The notes: generated from the sequence alone by a model not told the origin. Numbered from the stretch's first letter, positions 12,406-25,683 are shown. The stretch is 64,000 bases of DNA from Eledone cirrhosa (GCA_964016885.1 OZ024745.1:122140001-122204000); one strand, 5' to 3'. Translations and numbers: made by a program.

Positions 12406-13504
12406 TACAAGCAGTGTATCCCAGCGTTGTACGGGTAAGAACATTGGTAATAGCACCTCCAATGAGAAACGTTTATTTGTGAGTGCCTGTTAAAAACTCA
12501 CGTAAATATACCAACAGGAAACTTGTTTTATTTAGAGAAAATTAAGAAGTTGAAAGTACAGTTTAGCTGTCTACGTGCAGTGTTCATAGAAATATTGTTG
12601 AGCCCCTTCTTTTCATACTCCTCTGTTTTGGCCTTTTGGAGTAAATGTGAAAAAGAAAGTCACAGGTTAAGTTGGCAGAAGGTTCCAGTGCAATAGCAGT
12701 AAGGCATAGGCTACTTACCTGAAAAGTTCATTCGCATTCTTTCACTAAGTTACTCTTTCTCTCTATCCCTCCCGGTGCAGTCCCTTGTGAATTTCTTGTG
12801 TAGGCCTGGTGTAGATTTGCACCCGATCCATCTGCCTGATGCACATGTCCACTTTGTACGGCTTTTGGAGGAAGGAGTGACCAGCAGTACGTTGTTTGGT
12901 ATTATTACGAAAAGGTGTAGCAGAGAATCCCACATGAACTAACAGCTCGGGAGGAAACTGCTTACCTCGAAGATTCATTCGCCATCGTTTTTGTCAACGC
13001 TCAGTTTAGTTTTTATTTGTTGGTCTACAGTTAGATGAATGGTGCACAAAGGGTTAATGTTTATTGGCAAGAAGTGGCAACTGGGCTGGCTTGCCTTGCT
13101 TATATTATATATTAAAATAACAGATTAAAGTTTAAGCAAAGAATCACTGCTTTCACCCTTAACGGGATCTTCTGAAACTAAAAAAACCAATCTGTTAACG
13201 CAGAAGTAAATATTTCGAAAAACGTTGCAACTGAAGGAAAACAGGAAGACGATACTTTGGTTCGTGAAGACGTTCCCTGGCAATGAATGGAAAATAGTGA
13301 ACATAATACGTCATCAATGTTTGTCATAATATCAAAATGCAGAGAGCCAGGCATACAGACAGATATTATAAGGGCGCAAAGGGGATCGATAACCAGCACC
13401 TAACACCCCTTCAACAACAGAAAATTGAAAAATAAAAGCTGCAGTTAATATCTTTAGACTGCAATGAATATATAAATGCAAGTTTGAAGTCAATCAGACT
13501 AGAA
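12406..13504 (-). mobile_element. Non-autonomous Helitron-like element inserted in the 46-bp satellite
   Basis: Reverse strand ends CCCGTACAACGCTGGG..CTGCTTGT (hairpin plus degenerate CTAG); shares blocks with 15150-15560 and 34598-35520. Confidence 0.6.
13129..13179 (-). ncRNA. Hammerhead ribozyme-like motif, U4A core variant
   Basis: rc: AGTTT CAGAAGA TCCC-GTTAA-GGGT GAAA GCA-GTGATTCTT-TGC TT AAACT. Confidence 0.6.
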
Positions 13505-13680
13505 ACTAGATTTATCTTGTCATAGTATCGCACCTGTTAACTAGATTTATATTGTCATAGTATCACACCAGTATTACACCTGTTAACTAGATTTATATTG
13601 TCATAGTATCACACCAATATTACACCTGTTAACTAGATTTATCTTGTCATAGTATCACACCAGTATTACACCTGTGAACT
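13505..13680. repeat. Continuation of the 46-bp satellite (TAGTATCACACC variant), ~4 units
   Basis: Same unit resumes after the insertion. Confidence 0.9.
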
Positions 13681-13798
13681 GGTACCTTAATTCAAATGAG
13701 GAAAACCACTTCTTTCTAAGATGCATGTGGGATTTGGGGAAGATTTCTAGCAAATTGTTTCAGTGATCTTATAGAAACTCCCTTATTAGCTGGCTTAT

Positions 13799-14483
13799 TC
13801 AACTCTTGTGATACCAAACTGTCTGAAACTGCCTCTAGTTGTATGATGCTAAATTGTTTTAAGATGTTTATATTTATTTTTAAAAAACCTATTGTAAATT
13901 TATGTAAGAACTTTTGTTATATTCCGAACACCAGCTTCATATTAAGAAAGTAAAGTTGGGTATATTAGTAAATTTCTCCTAATCTGTTAAATGTCTTCTC
14001 TATTCTGTTCGCTAGTACTGTGGGGTGGCCAGCACGTGGGACCCTATTTGTTCATAATAATTGTTTCTACTTTTGGCACAAGGCCAGCAATTACCCAGTG
14101 CATTACTGGTACTTTATTTTATCGACCCCGTAAGGATGAAAGGCAAAGTTAACCTCGGCGGGATTTGAACTCAGATTGGAAAGGGCCGTAACACTATGGA
14201 TCAAAGCATGGCGTCCGACCCTCTACTGATACTGCCAATCCACTGCTCATAATAATGAAAGATGGGGAGGGCGAGAGAGATGGAGGCGATGACAGTGGGA
14301 GTTTGGCTCCTTTGTTTTTTGGACCAGGTGTACATGTGTGTATATGTTTACTTCTATTCGTTCGATATTATGTACCACCTGCCTAGACATAACTCTCACC
14401 ATACTTGCTAACATCTTTGATTATTTTCAAAGTTATTTGAAAATCACTGGCAGTGTCTTTCATTATAGTAACGAAAGGGTTAA
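13799..14483 (+). mobile_element. MITE-B interrupted by an insert containing SINE1 (14055-14243, -)
   Basis: Left GATACCAAACTGTCTGAAACTG and right ...GAAAGGGTTAA; full SINE1 reverse complement inside. Confidence 0.65.
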
Positions 14484-15149
14484 TTATCACTATCAGCATC
14501 TTGTCTGCCAATTAGAATTTCCTGGCTTCTTTCCTCATTCTATTTGTTTGTTTTTTTACTTTCCTCTTCTTTTACTCATTAACCATCTTTCTCTTCCTTT
14601 CCGTTTGCTGACTTGGTGCATTTCTTTCTTCTCTCACCCCTTTATTTTCTTCTTCTCGTTTTTTCTCTACAACTCTCTCAGTGAAATCCAGTATTCTGAC
14701 ACTTTTGTTTATTTTATCAGTTTATAAAAGCAGAGAAGGGATAAGTTTCTTGCCTATAAGTAGGTTATATATTATAGAAATATGCACAACTTACTGTTGT
14801 TCTTGATAGTCACACACTATTTCCTCACCTTCATTTTTACCTGTGTAGTATATCATTAGAACTGCTTTGAATGATGTCTTGTTCCACTATGTACATATTT
14901 ATGTGGGCGTATGGATGTTAAAAACGTTCATGAAGTGTGTTTGTGTGTGTTAAAACTATTTGATCTAATACTGGCTTCACAAGTTAATAACTATAGTTAT
15001 CATGTGTTGTACTTGTACATCATACATATTGTTATTATTACGGCCCTTTATGATCTGAGTTCAAATCCCGCTAGGGTTAACTTTGCCTTTCATCCTCACG
15101 GGGTCGATAAAATAAAGTACCAGTCACGCACTGTGTCGATTTAATCAAT

Positions 15150-15391
15150 TTTTGTCTGTCTGTCTATCTGACTCCCTAAAACTCGAGAACCACCCAACCG
15201 CTTGTTTTCAAACTTTACACATGTAATACTTATGGTCCTGTGAGTGTTTTCAATTTAGGCGATTTCTTTTTAGATAGATACATAGATATAACGTTGCGCC
15301 CTTATAATATCTGTCTGGCTGTCTGCATTACCACATTATGACGCTATATGTGTGTGTGTATGTGTGTGTGTATATATGTATATATAGTGTG

Positions 15392-15438
<47 letters not shown>

Positions 15439-15552
15439 TGTAACGTTTTTCGAAATATTTACTTCTGCGTTCACAGATTGATTTTTTTTTAGTTTCAGAA
15501 GATCCCGTTAAGGGGGAAAGCAGCGATTCTTTGCTTAAACTTTAATCTGTTA

Positions 15553-15560
<8 letters not shown>
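15150..15560 (+). mobile_element. Helitron-like 5' part followed by an HHR-bearing pLTR-like fragment
   Basis: (TCTG)n start, TTGCGCCCTTATAATATCTGTCTG block and HHR block in the same order as at 13 kb and 35 kb. Confidence 0.55.
15491..15541 (+). ncRNA. Hammerhead ribozyme-like motif, U4A core variant
   Basis: AGTTT CAGAAGA TCCC-GTTAA-GGGG GAAA GCA-GCGATTCTT-TGC TT AAACT; stem I extends via ACAGATTG/TTAATCTGT. Confidence 0.65.
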
Positions 15561-15606
<46 letters not shown>

Positions 15607-15651
15607 TATTCGTGTACAGATATTTTTGCATAGTGTAAAAATATACACACA

Positions 15652-18265
15652 CGGGTAAAATATACCTTCCTCCCACTGTAAAGTGGTAGTGTAGGTGTCA
15701 TGACAAAAAGCACCCAGTCCACACTGTAAAGTGGTAGTGTAGGTGTCACAACAAAAAGCACCCAGCCCACACTGTAAAGTGGTCGTGTAGGTGTCATGAC
15801 AAAAAAGCACCCAGCCCACACTGTAAAGTGGTCGTGTAGGTGTCATGACAAAAAGCACCCAGCCCACACTGTAAAGTGGTCGTGTAGGTGTCATGACAAA
15901 AAGCACCCAGTCCACACTGTAAAGTGGTAGTGTAGGTGTCACAACAAAAAGCACCCAGTCCACACTGTAAAGTGGTAGTGTAGGTGTCACAACAAAAAGC
16001 ACCTAGCCCACACTGTAAAGTGGTCGTGTAGGTGTCATGACAAAAAAGCACCCAGCCCACACTGTAAAGTGGTCGTGTAGGTGTCATGACAAAAAAGCAC
16101 CCAGTCCACACTGTAAAGTGGTAGTGTAGGTGTCACAACAAAAAGCACCCAGCCCACACTGTAAAGTGGTAGTGTAGGTGTCACAACAAAAAGCACCTAG
16201 CCCACACTGTAAAGTGGTAGTGTAGGTGTCATGACAAAAAGCACCCAGCCCACACTGTAAAGTGGTAGTGTAGGTGTCACAACAAAAAGCACCCAGCCCA
16301 CACTGTAAAGTGGTAGTGTAGGTGTCACAACAAAAAGCACCTAGCCCACACTGTAAAGTGGTAGTGTAGGTGTCATGACAAAAAGCACCCAGCCCACACT
16401 GTAAAGTGGTAGTGTAGGTGTCACAACAAAAAGCACCCAGCCCACACTGTAAAGTGGTAGTGTAGGTGTCACAACAAAAAGCACCTAGCCCACACTGTAA
16501 AGTGGTAGTGTAGGTGTCATGACAAAAAGCACCCAGCCCACACTGTAAAGTGGTAGTGTAGGTGTCACAACAAAAAGCACCTAGCCCACACTGTAAAGTG
16601 GTAGTGTAGGTGTCATGACAAAAAGCACCCAGCCCACACTGTAAAGTGGTAGTGTAGGTGTCACAACAAAAAGCACCTAGCCCACACTGTAAAGTGGTAG
16701 TGTAGGTGTCATGACAAAAAGCACCCAGCCCACACTGTAAAGTGGTAGTGTAGGTGTCACAACAAAAAGCACCCAGTCCACACTGTAAAGTGGTAGTGTA
16801 GGTGTCACAACAAAAAGCACCTAGCCCACACTGTAAAGTGGTAGTGTAGGTGTCATGATAAAAAGCACCCAGCCCACACTGTAAAGTGGTAGTGTAGGTG
16901 TCACAACAAAAAGCACCCAGTCCACACTGTAAAGTGGTAGTGTAGGTGTCACAACAAAAAGCACCTAGCCCACACTGTAAAGTGGTAGTGTAGGTGTCAT
17001 GATAAAAAGCACCCAGCCCACACTGTAAAGTGGTAGTGTAGGTGTCATGACAAAAAGCACCCAGCCCACACTGTAAAGTGGTTGTGTAGGTGTCATGACA
17101 AAAAGCACCCAGCCCACACTGTAAAGTGGTAGTGTAGGTGTCATGACAAAAAGCACCCAGTCCACACTGTAAAGTGGTAGTGTAGGTGTCACAACAAAAA
17201 GCACCTAGCCCACACTGTAAAGTGGTAGTGTAGGTGTCATGATAAAAAGCACCCAGCCCACACTGTAAAGTGGTAGTGTAGGTGTCACAACAAAAAGCAC
17301 CCAGTCCACACTGTAAAGTGGTAGTGTAGGTGTCACAACAAAAAGCACCTAGCCCACACTGTAAAGTGGTAGTGTAGGTGTCATGATAAAAAGCACCCAG
17401 CCCACACTGTAAAGTGGTAGTGTAGGTGTCACAACAAAAAGCACCCAGTCCACACTGTAAAGTGGTAGTGTAGGTGTCACAACAAAAAGCACCTAGCCCA
17501 CACTGTAAAGTGGTAGTGTAGGTGTCATGATAAAAAGCACCCAGCCCACACTGTAAAGTGGTAGTGTAGGTGTCATGACAAAAAGCACCCAGCCCACACT
17601 GTAAAGTGGTTGTGTAGGTGTCACAACAAAAAGCACCTAGCCCACACTGTAAAGTGGTAGTGTAGGTGTCATGACAAAAAGCACCCAGCCCACACTGTAA
17701 AGTGGTAGTGTAGGTGTCACAACAAAAAGCACCCAGTCCACACTGTAAAGTGGTAGTGTAGGTGTCACAACAAAAAGCACCCAGTCCACACTGTAAAGTG
17801 GTAGTGTAGGTGTCATGACAAAAAGCACCCAGTCCACACTGTAAAGTGGTAGTGTAGGTGTCACAACAAAAAGCACCCAGTCCACACTGTAAAGTGGTAG
17901 TGTAGGTGTCATGACAAAAAGCACCCAGTCCACACTGTAAAGTGGTAGTGTAGGTGTCACAACAAAAAGCACCCAGTCCACACTGTAAAGTGGTAGTGTA
18001 GGTGTCATGACAAAAAGCACCTAGTCCACACTGTAAAGTGGTTGTGTAGGTGTCACAACAAAAAGCACCTAGCCCACACTGTAAAGTGGTAGTGTAGGTG
18101 TCATGACAAAAAGCACCCAGCCCACACTGTAAAGTGGTTGTGTAGGTGACACAACAAAAAGCACCCAGTCCACACTGTAAAGTGGTCATGTAGGTGACAC
18201 AACAAAAAGCACCCAGCCCACACTGTAAAGTGGTCGTGTAGGCGCCACGGTAAAAAAGCACCCAC
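15652..18265 (+). repeat. 48-bp satellite (~54 units) expanded inside a retroposon 3' UTR
   Basis: Unit CACACTGTAAAGTGGTAGTGTAGGTGTCA(TG/CA)ACAAAAAGCACCCAGCC; runs directly into the RTE/SINE2 tail. Confidence 0.95.
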
Positions 18266-18455
18266 TACTCACTGTAAATGAGGTTGGCGCTAGGAAGGGC
18301 ATCCAGCTGTAGAAACCAAGCCAAAATCGGTTCTGTATGAGCAAGACATGGTCACCTGACCTGGCATTGCCCCCAACAGGACAACCCGTCTAACCCATGC
18401 TAGCGTGGAAGAGTGGATATAAAATGGTGGTGATGATGATGACGATGATGATGAT
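18241..18455 (+). mobile_element. RTE/SINE2-type 3' tail
   Basis: CTGTAAATGAGGTTGGCGCTAGGAAGGGCATCCAGCTGTAGAAA...(GAT)n. Confidence 0.8.
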
Positions 18456-18763
18456 GTATACCAGGTTCGAACACAGAGGAGCCGAACTGCCATTGTCATC
18501 GCCTCCGTCTCTCACGCCCCACATAGGTACTATTTATTCTGCCAATCCCACCATCCATTTCACTAACCCCCTTACACATTCACATTCACCACCTGCTACC
18601 TCTGACCAGTTAAAATGTTATGGCTAAGTCCATTATCACCTTCTTCACACAGCTCTAACCCTACTGCCACTACTTAGCTTAATTACCCGTCCTCAATTAG
18701 CCCCCAGCCTCTCCTCCCTGAGTCTTCCTGTATTTATACTGTCTGCTTTTGAAACATTAACTC

Positions 18764-18809
18764 TTGTCTGATGACCCTCTGATAAACAGGTGAAACTCCA
18801 CAGTAACAA
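18764..18809 (+). ncRNA. Type I hammerhead ribozyme
   Basis: TTGT CTGATGA C-CCT..AGG-T GAAA CT-CCAC-AG TA ACAA: full core, three stems, GUA site. Confidence 0.7.
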
Positions 18810-19013
18810 CACTTAGTATCTAGCTGTAATTTTCCATGCTTGCATTGGTTAGACATGTTGTCCACATTGAGAGACAAGTCTGGCCAGTTGGCCAAGCTCT
18901 ACTTAACACACTTCTCAGGTTGACAGAACAAAGTATTAGTCAAGTATTGAGGTCAATTTAATCAACTAATCCTTCCCCCAAATTCGCTGGCCTTGTGTCT
19001 AAACTAGAACCAA

Positions 19014-19243
19014 TTAACCCTTTAGCATTTACATTACTCTAATATTTACTATTATGTTTTCACGGTAACAACTTTACCTCACATAATTATCTCACATAAT
19101 ATTGAATCTATGAGATTTTGATATTATTTATTTTGAGAGAAATACCTTAACATCAGTATGAGTGGCTGATTACAGCCAATTTGAACAGAAATAGGTGAGA
19201 GAATGCTGGCCGGATGTGGCCGGTTTAAATGCTAAAGGGTTAA
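19014..19243 (+). mobile_element. MITE family A between duplicated SINE tails
   Basis: Perfect terminal inverted repeats; TTAATCAACTAA..CCTTGTGTCTAAA present on both sides. Confidence 0.85.
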
Positions 19244-20304
19244 TCAACTAACCCTTTCCCCAGATTGCTAGCCTTGTGTCTAAATTAGAACCCTTTAATA
19301 CCAGTCAAGTACTATGATTGATTCAATCAACTATTTTGCTCATCCCCCAAATTCACTGGCCTTTTTCCTAAATTCGAAATCAATATTTCATCTGTAGTTT
19401 CCTCTGTTGGGATATATTTCAGACTGTCAAGTGTTCAGCTCTACTTCCTCTAACAATCCAGAATGATCAAATTGTTATTACTATTAAAAGAACTCAGAAC
19501 TGTTTCTTAACTTTTTATATTCCTGTCATGGAAGAAAAACCATGTCAGTCGATCAATGAGCTATCATATTCTATTATACAGTTTTGGATTACAAATAATA
19601 TTTGAATTATCTCTTTACATTTATTCATTTAGTTTTCCTTTCTTTCTTTCTACATATGTTATAGACTAAGAGCTAGGAATGGTAGAATTGGCAGTTGGTG
19701 CCTTGTGATAGGTTTATGATCCGTTACATTCTCAGTTCAAATTAGACACAGGCTTGATTTTTTTCCTGCCTCTTGGTTATAAACATATAAACAAATTATG
19801 GCAGTGAATTGGCAGTCATTAAAATGTCAGATAGAATGCTTGGTGGTATTCATTTCACTTCTCTGAGTTCAAATCATGTCATGGTCAACTTTGCCTTTCG
19901 TCCTTTCAAGGTTGATAAAAAAAACGTGCCAGTCAAGTACTGGGGTTGATTCTTCCTCTGTGTCTCCCTCTCATTTCTAATCTCTCACTTTCAATTTTTC
20001 TCTGGAAGAAATCTGCCCCTGGAGAAGGAAGGGCTCTGCCAGTTTTAAAATGCCCAAGAAACGCTGTATGTCACTACAGTGCCTCTATGACACCATCAGG
20101 AGTTACGAAACCATGTGGCTTGCTGAACATTTATATGTCTATGTCACTTATTAGGACAGGTCTCTTGAAAGATAGTACTGGGGTTGATTCATCATAAGGA
20201 TGAAGAATTCAAGTGTCTTGTGGAAGTCTTATGTGTGTGTGAGTGCTTTTCAGCAAGCCAACATATGTACAGAATAACTGTCCTCTTTCAAGGCTGCAAC
20301 TTTC

Positions 20305-20531
20305 TTAACCCTTTAGCATTTAAACCAGCCATAACCAGCTAGAATTCTCTCAGCTCTTTCTGTTCAAACTGGCTGCAACCGGCCATTCATACTTATGTGA
20401 AGGTATTGTTCTCAAAATAGATAATATCAAAATCTCATAAATTCGATATTATGTGAGATAATTATGTGGAGTGAAGCCTTTACCATGAAAATACAATAGT
20501 ATATATAGAGTAATGTAAATACTAGAGTTAA
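20305..20531 (-). mobile_element. MITE family A
   Basis: Reverse-complement body with TTAA ends. Confidence 0.85.
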
Positions 20532-21275
20532 GACTGAATACACTAGGGCTCCATAACTTAAACACATCCTTTATGTCACCATGGGAACATACAGCAAATA
20601 CAGTTTAATCAGTCACAACTCACTTAACATTTTACTTTTGATGAATATTTTTTTTATTAAAAACCAATAATTTAATTTAAGGAATCAATATTTGTTTAAC
20701 TTGCTAGATGTTATTCTGTTAATATATCAACTTGATTTTTTCCTTTTTAATGTGAAATAATACAGCTGATGCTGTTTTTGCCATGGGCTATAGTTTTTTC
20801 AGTTGTATTTTTTATTCAGTGCTTTCACTTTTAGAAAAGAGAAGAAATAAATCACCAAGAATTACTTGAGCTGTGGTTCACATTAATATATTTAAAATAA
20901 AATTATTTCAACACATGCGCTCATTCATTTCTGACATTAACTGTTTTTTTCTGTAGTCATTACTAGAGATTTATATCAACATATAAACAAATTATGGCAG
21001 GGATTTGGCAATCATTAGAACGTCAGATAGAATGGTTTGTTGTATTAGTTTCAGTTCTTTGAGTTCAAATCATGTCACGGTCAACTTTCTCTTTCATCCA
21101 TTCGAGGTCAATAAAAAAGTACCAGTGTAGTACTGGATCAATTCTTCCTTTACATCGCTTTCTCAGTTCCATTCTTTCACTCTTTCTATCCTTCTCTGGA
21201 AGAAATCTGCTGCATTCAGACCTGGAGAGGAGATGGACTCCACCAGCTTTTTATACCAAACAACTAGATTTATTA

Positions 21276-21377
21276 TTAACCCTTTAGCATTTAAACCAGT
21301 TATCTCCAGCCAGAATTCTCTCACCGCTTTCTGTTCAAACCGGCCATAACCGGCCATAACCGGCTACCCATAGTGAC
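21276..21377 (-). mobile_element. MITE family A, truncated
   Basis: One end only: TTAACCCTTTAGCATTTAAACC... Confidence 0.75.
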
Positions 21378-21529
21378 TTTAAGTGGTGGTGGTGGTAGAA
21401 ACAAACAAAAAATAATATAAAAATGTTTTAAAAATCAATACCTGATTTGCTAATTAAGACTGCTTAGAATGGAAACAAAACAAAACAAAGTTAAAAAACA
21501 AACCCAAGACAGTATTGTGTGAGTTAATT

Positions 21530-22775
21530 GCTGTTATTAAACAGATGTAGTTTAGTATTGTTACTTAATAAACTGATGTAGTTTAGTATTGTTACTGTTA
21601 ATAAACAGATGTAGTTTAGTATTATTTGTTAATAAACTCATGTAGTTTAGTATTGTTACTTATTAAACTGATGTAGTTTAGTATTATAACTGTTAATAAA
21701 CAGATGTAGTTTAGTATTGTTACTTAATAAACTGATGTAGTTTAGTATTGTTACTGTTAATAAACAGATGTAGTTTAGTATTATTTGTTAATAAACTCAT
21801 GTAGTTTAGTATTGTTACTTATTAAACTGATGTAGTTTAGTATTATAACTGTTAATAAACAGATGTAGTTTAGTATTGTTACTTAATAAACTGATGTAGT
21901 TTAGTATTGTTACTGTTAATAAACAGATGTAGTTTAGTATTATTTGTTAATAAACTCATGTAGTTTAGTATTGTTACTTATTAAACTGATGTAGTTTAGT
22001 ATTATAACTGTTAATAAACAGATGTAGTTTAGTATTGTTACTTAATAAACTGATGTAGTTTAGTATTATTACTGTTAATAAACAGATGTAGTTTAGTATT
22101 GTTACTTAATAAACAGATGTAGTTTAGTATTATTACTGTTAATAAACAGATGTAGTTTAGTATTGTTACTTAATAAACTGATGTAGTTTAGTATTTACTG
22201 TTAATAAACTGATGTAGTTTAGTATTATTACTGTTATTAAACTGGTGTAGTTTAGTATTATTACTGTTATTAAACTCATGTAGTTTAGTATTGTTACTTA
22301 TTAAACTGATGTAGTTTAGTATTATAACTGTTAATAAACAGATGTAGTTTAGTATTGTTACTTAATAAACTGATGTAGTTTAGTATTATTACTGTTAATA
22401 AACTGATGTAGTTTAGTATTATTACTGTTATTAAACAGATGCAGTTTAATATTATTACTGTTATTAAACTGGTGTAGTTTAGTATTATTACTGTTATTAA
22501 ACAGATGTAGTTTAGTATTATTACTGTTAAACTGATGTAGTTTAGTAGTATTACTGTTAATAAACTGATGTAGTTTAGTATTATTACTGTTATTAAACAG
22601 ATGTAGTTTAGTATTATTACTGTTAAACAGATGTAGTTTAGTATTATTACTGTTATTAAACAGATGTAGTTTAGTATTATTACTGTTAAACAGATGTAGT
22701 TTAGTATTATTACTGTTAATATACTGATGTAGTTTAGTATTATTACTGTTAATATACTGATGTAGTTTAGCATTA
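21530..22775. repeat. ~30-33-bp AT-rich satellite with a 159-bp higher-order repeat
   Basis: Core GATGTAGTTTAGTATT; variant AATAAACTCATG recurs at 21631, 21790 and 21949. Confidence 0.9.
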
Positions 22776-22812
22776 TTAGCTAAAGCTAATAATGCTAAAC
22801 TACTGAGGGCAA

Positions 22813-22991
22813 TGGATTGGCAGTATTGGTAGAGGATCAGACACTTTGCAGCATAGTTATGGCCCTTTACATTCTGAGTTCAAATCCCGCCGAGGTTAGT
22901 TTTGCCTTTCATCCTTACGGGGTAGATAAAATAAAGTACCAGTAATGCACTGGCGTAATTGCTGGCCTTGTGCCTAGAGTAGAAACAATTT
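22813..22991 (+). mobile_element. SINE family 1
   Basis: Head, GAGTTCAAATCCCGCCGAGG, GCCTTTCATCCTTACGGGG, tail GTAGAAACAATT. Confidence 0.9.
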
Positions 22992-23794
22992 AAGCTTCAG
23001 CTTAGCTCTCTTGTTTCATCTTAATCTCCATTGATTTCTGTTTTTCTTCTCTCTCACTACACCCCACAAACCAACCCTGCTTTAAACTTTTACTACTTCA
23101 CTTCATTCTTTCCCTCCCTCCCTCTCTCTTTTTTCCTCTCACTCACTCACTCTCTTTCCTTCTTTCTCTCTCTCTCTCTCTCTGCTCTCCTTCCTTCTTT
23201 CTCTCTCTCTCTCTCTCTCTCTCTCCTTCTTTCTCTCTCTCTCTCTGCTCTCCTTCCCCTTGTCTGATCTTAAACACTACACTTGATATTTTTTGTACAC
23301 CCCCCTCCTCTTCTCTCTCTTTAATGTCTCTGTCCACTCTCTTCTTGTATCATCTTACCCTCTTACTTCTTCCCTTTATCTCTCTTTCACTTTAAGTTTC
23401 TTCCTTCCACAAAAACCTGCCCAATAAATGTAGTTCAGTCACCTTGTAAAATGTCTTCTTCACCTTTCTCACCTTTTACTGCATCTTCTCTCATTCCATC
23501 CTTCCATTTTACTCTTCTTTCTAGATCTCTTTACCATGAATGATCTCTCTCTCTCTCTCCCCCCCCTCTCTTTCATTATTTCTCTCTCTGATTCTCTCTT
23601 TCATTGTTTCTCTCATTCTCTCTCTCACACTCTCATTCTCTCTCTCACGCACTTTCTCTCATTCTCTCTCCCTCCCCTCTCTCTTGTCCACTTCATCTCT
23701 GATATATTCTCATTTCTTCCCCCCCCCCTCTCCTCTCTCTCAACTGCACGTTTTATTTTGCTATATATTTTATATTTGCTGTCTATTCACATAT

Positions 23795-25230
23795 ATACAC
23801 ACTACACCACACACACATACACTACACCACACACACATATACTACACCACATACACACTACACCACATACACACTACACCACATACACACTAAACCACAT
23901 ACACACTACACCACACACACACCACACCACACCACACCACACACACACTACACTACACCACACACACACTACACCACATACACACTATGCCACACCACAC
24001 TACACACACACTACACCACACACACGCATACACACATACACACTACACCACACACACACACCACACCACATACATACACTACACACACATATACACACTA
24101 CACCACACACACATACACTACACCACACACTACACACACACTCCATACCAACATTTACACACTACACTACACGCTACACACACACTCCATACCAACATTT
24201 ACACACTACACTACACGCTACACACACACTCCATACCAACATTTACACACTACACTACACACACACTCCATACCAACATTTACACACTACACTACACGCT
24301 ACACACACACTCCATACCAACATTTATACACTACACTACACGCTACACACACACTCCATACCAACATTTACACACTACACTACACGCTACACACACACTC
24401 CATACCAACATTTACATACTACACTACACACTCCATACCAACATTTACACACTACATACCAACATTTACACTCCACACTACACACCAACATTTACACACT
24501 ACACTACACACCAACATTTACACACTACACTACACACTCCATACCAACATTTACAAACTACACTCCATACCAACATTTACACTCTACACTACACACTCCA
24601 TACCAACATTTACACACTACACACACACTCCATACCAACATTTACACACTGCACACCAACATTTACACGCTACACACCAACATTTACATGCTACACACAC
24701 ACTCCATACCAACATTTACACTCTACACTACACACTACACACTACACTACACACTACACACCAACATTTACACGCTACACTACACACTCCATACCAACAT
24801 TTACACGCTACACACACACTCCATACCAACATTTACACTACACACTACACACCAACATTATACACTACACACCAACATTTACACGCTACACACCAACATT
24901 TACACGCTACACACACACTCCATACCAACATTTACACTACACACTCCACACCAACATTTACAATCTACACACTCCATACCAACATTTACACACTACACTA
25001 CACACTCCATACCAACATTTACACTACGCACTCCATACCAACATTTACAATCTACACACTCCATACCAACATTTACACACTACACACTCCATACCAACAT
25101 TTACAATCTACACACTACACACCAACATTATACACTACACTACACACTACATAACAACATTTACACTCTACACTCTACACTACACACCAACATTACACAC
25201 TACACACCAACATTTACACACAACCCACAA
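23795..25230. repeat. CA-rich microsatellite grading into a ~44-bp minisatellite (CCATACCAACATTTACACACTACACTACACGCTACACACACACT)
   Basis: Direct reading; explains the 641-aa and 446-aa ORFs. Confidence 0.9.
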
Positions 25231-25395
25231 AAGTGTAACCATCCTCCACACCCTTTCACCCACACCTTATCTCTCTCATCTAATTTCAATGTTAACAGTG
25301 TATGTCTTGTCTATAAACTGTACCTAATGACTATCCATTTCTCTATCTGCCTGTCTCTTTATCTTTCTATCATATATATACATATCTATCTATCT

Positions 25396-25452
<57 letters not shown>

Positions 25453-25455
<3 letters not shown>

Positions 25456-25644
25456 TTTTAATATAGATGAGATTCTACAGGACTAGAACTGTTTCATTCT
25501 TTAGAAATCATCAGGAATCACTGATGATTTCTAAAGAATGAAACAGTTCTAGTCCTGTAGAATCTCATCTATATTAAAACTTTTATACTCTGCTATGTAT
25601 TGAGTACCTTACTTACTGTGGTTACCTCCGATTCAACCCGGAAT

Positions 25645-25648
<4 letters not shown>
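25453..25648. mobile_element. Penelope-like pLTR remnant: perfect 62-bp-arm palindrome (25453-25582) with an HHR core, between (TA)n tracts
   Basis: CTGATGA T-TTC-TAAA-GAA-T GAAAC AGTTCTA GTC on both strands; the stem I 5' strand is lost at the axis. Confidence 0.65.

Positions 25649-25683
<35 letters not shown>

Noticed and set aside
16084-18261. 725-aa Cys-rich repeat protein
   Set aside because: The 48-bp unit is a multiple of 3 and stop-free by chance; single-base indels break the frame at 15794-16111; the unit derives from the antisense of a retroposon UTR
11148-18265. CRISPR-like arrays
   Set aside because: Units are head-to-tail with no unique spacers, there are no cas genes, and the context is eukaryotic
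23536-25461. 641-aa His/Thr-rich ORF
   Set aside because: Translation of CT and CA minisatellites
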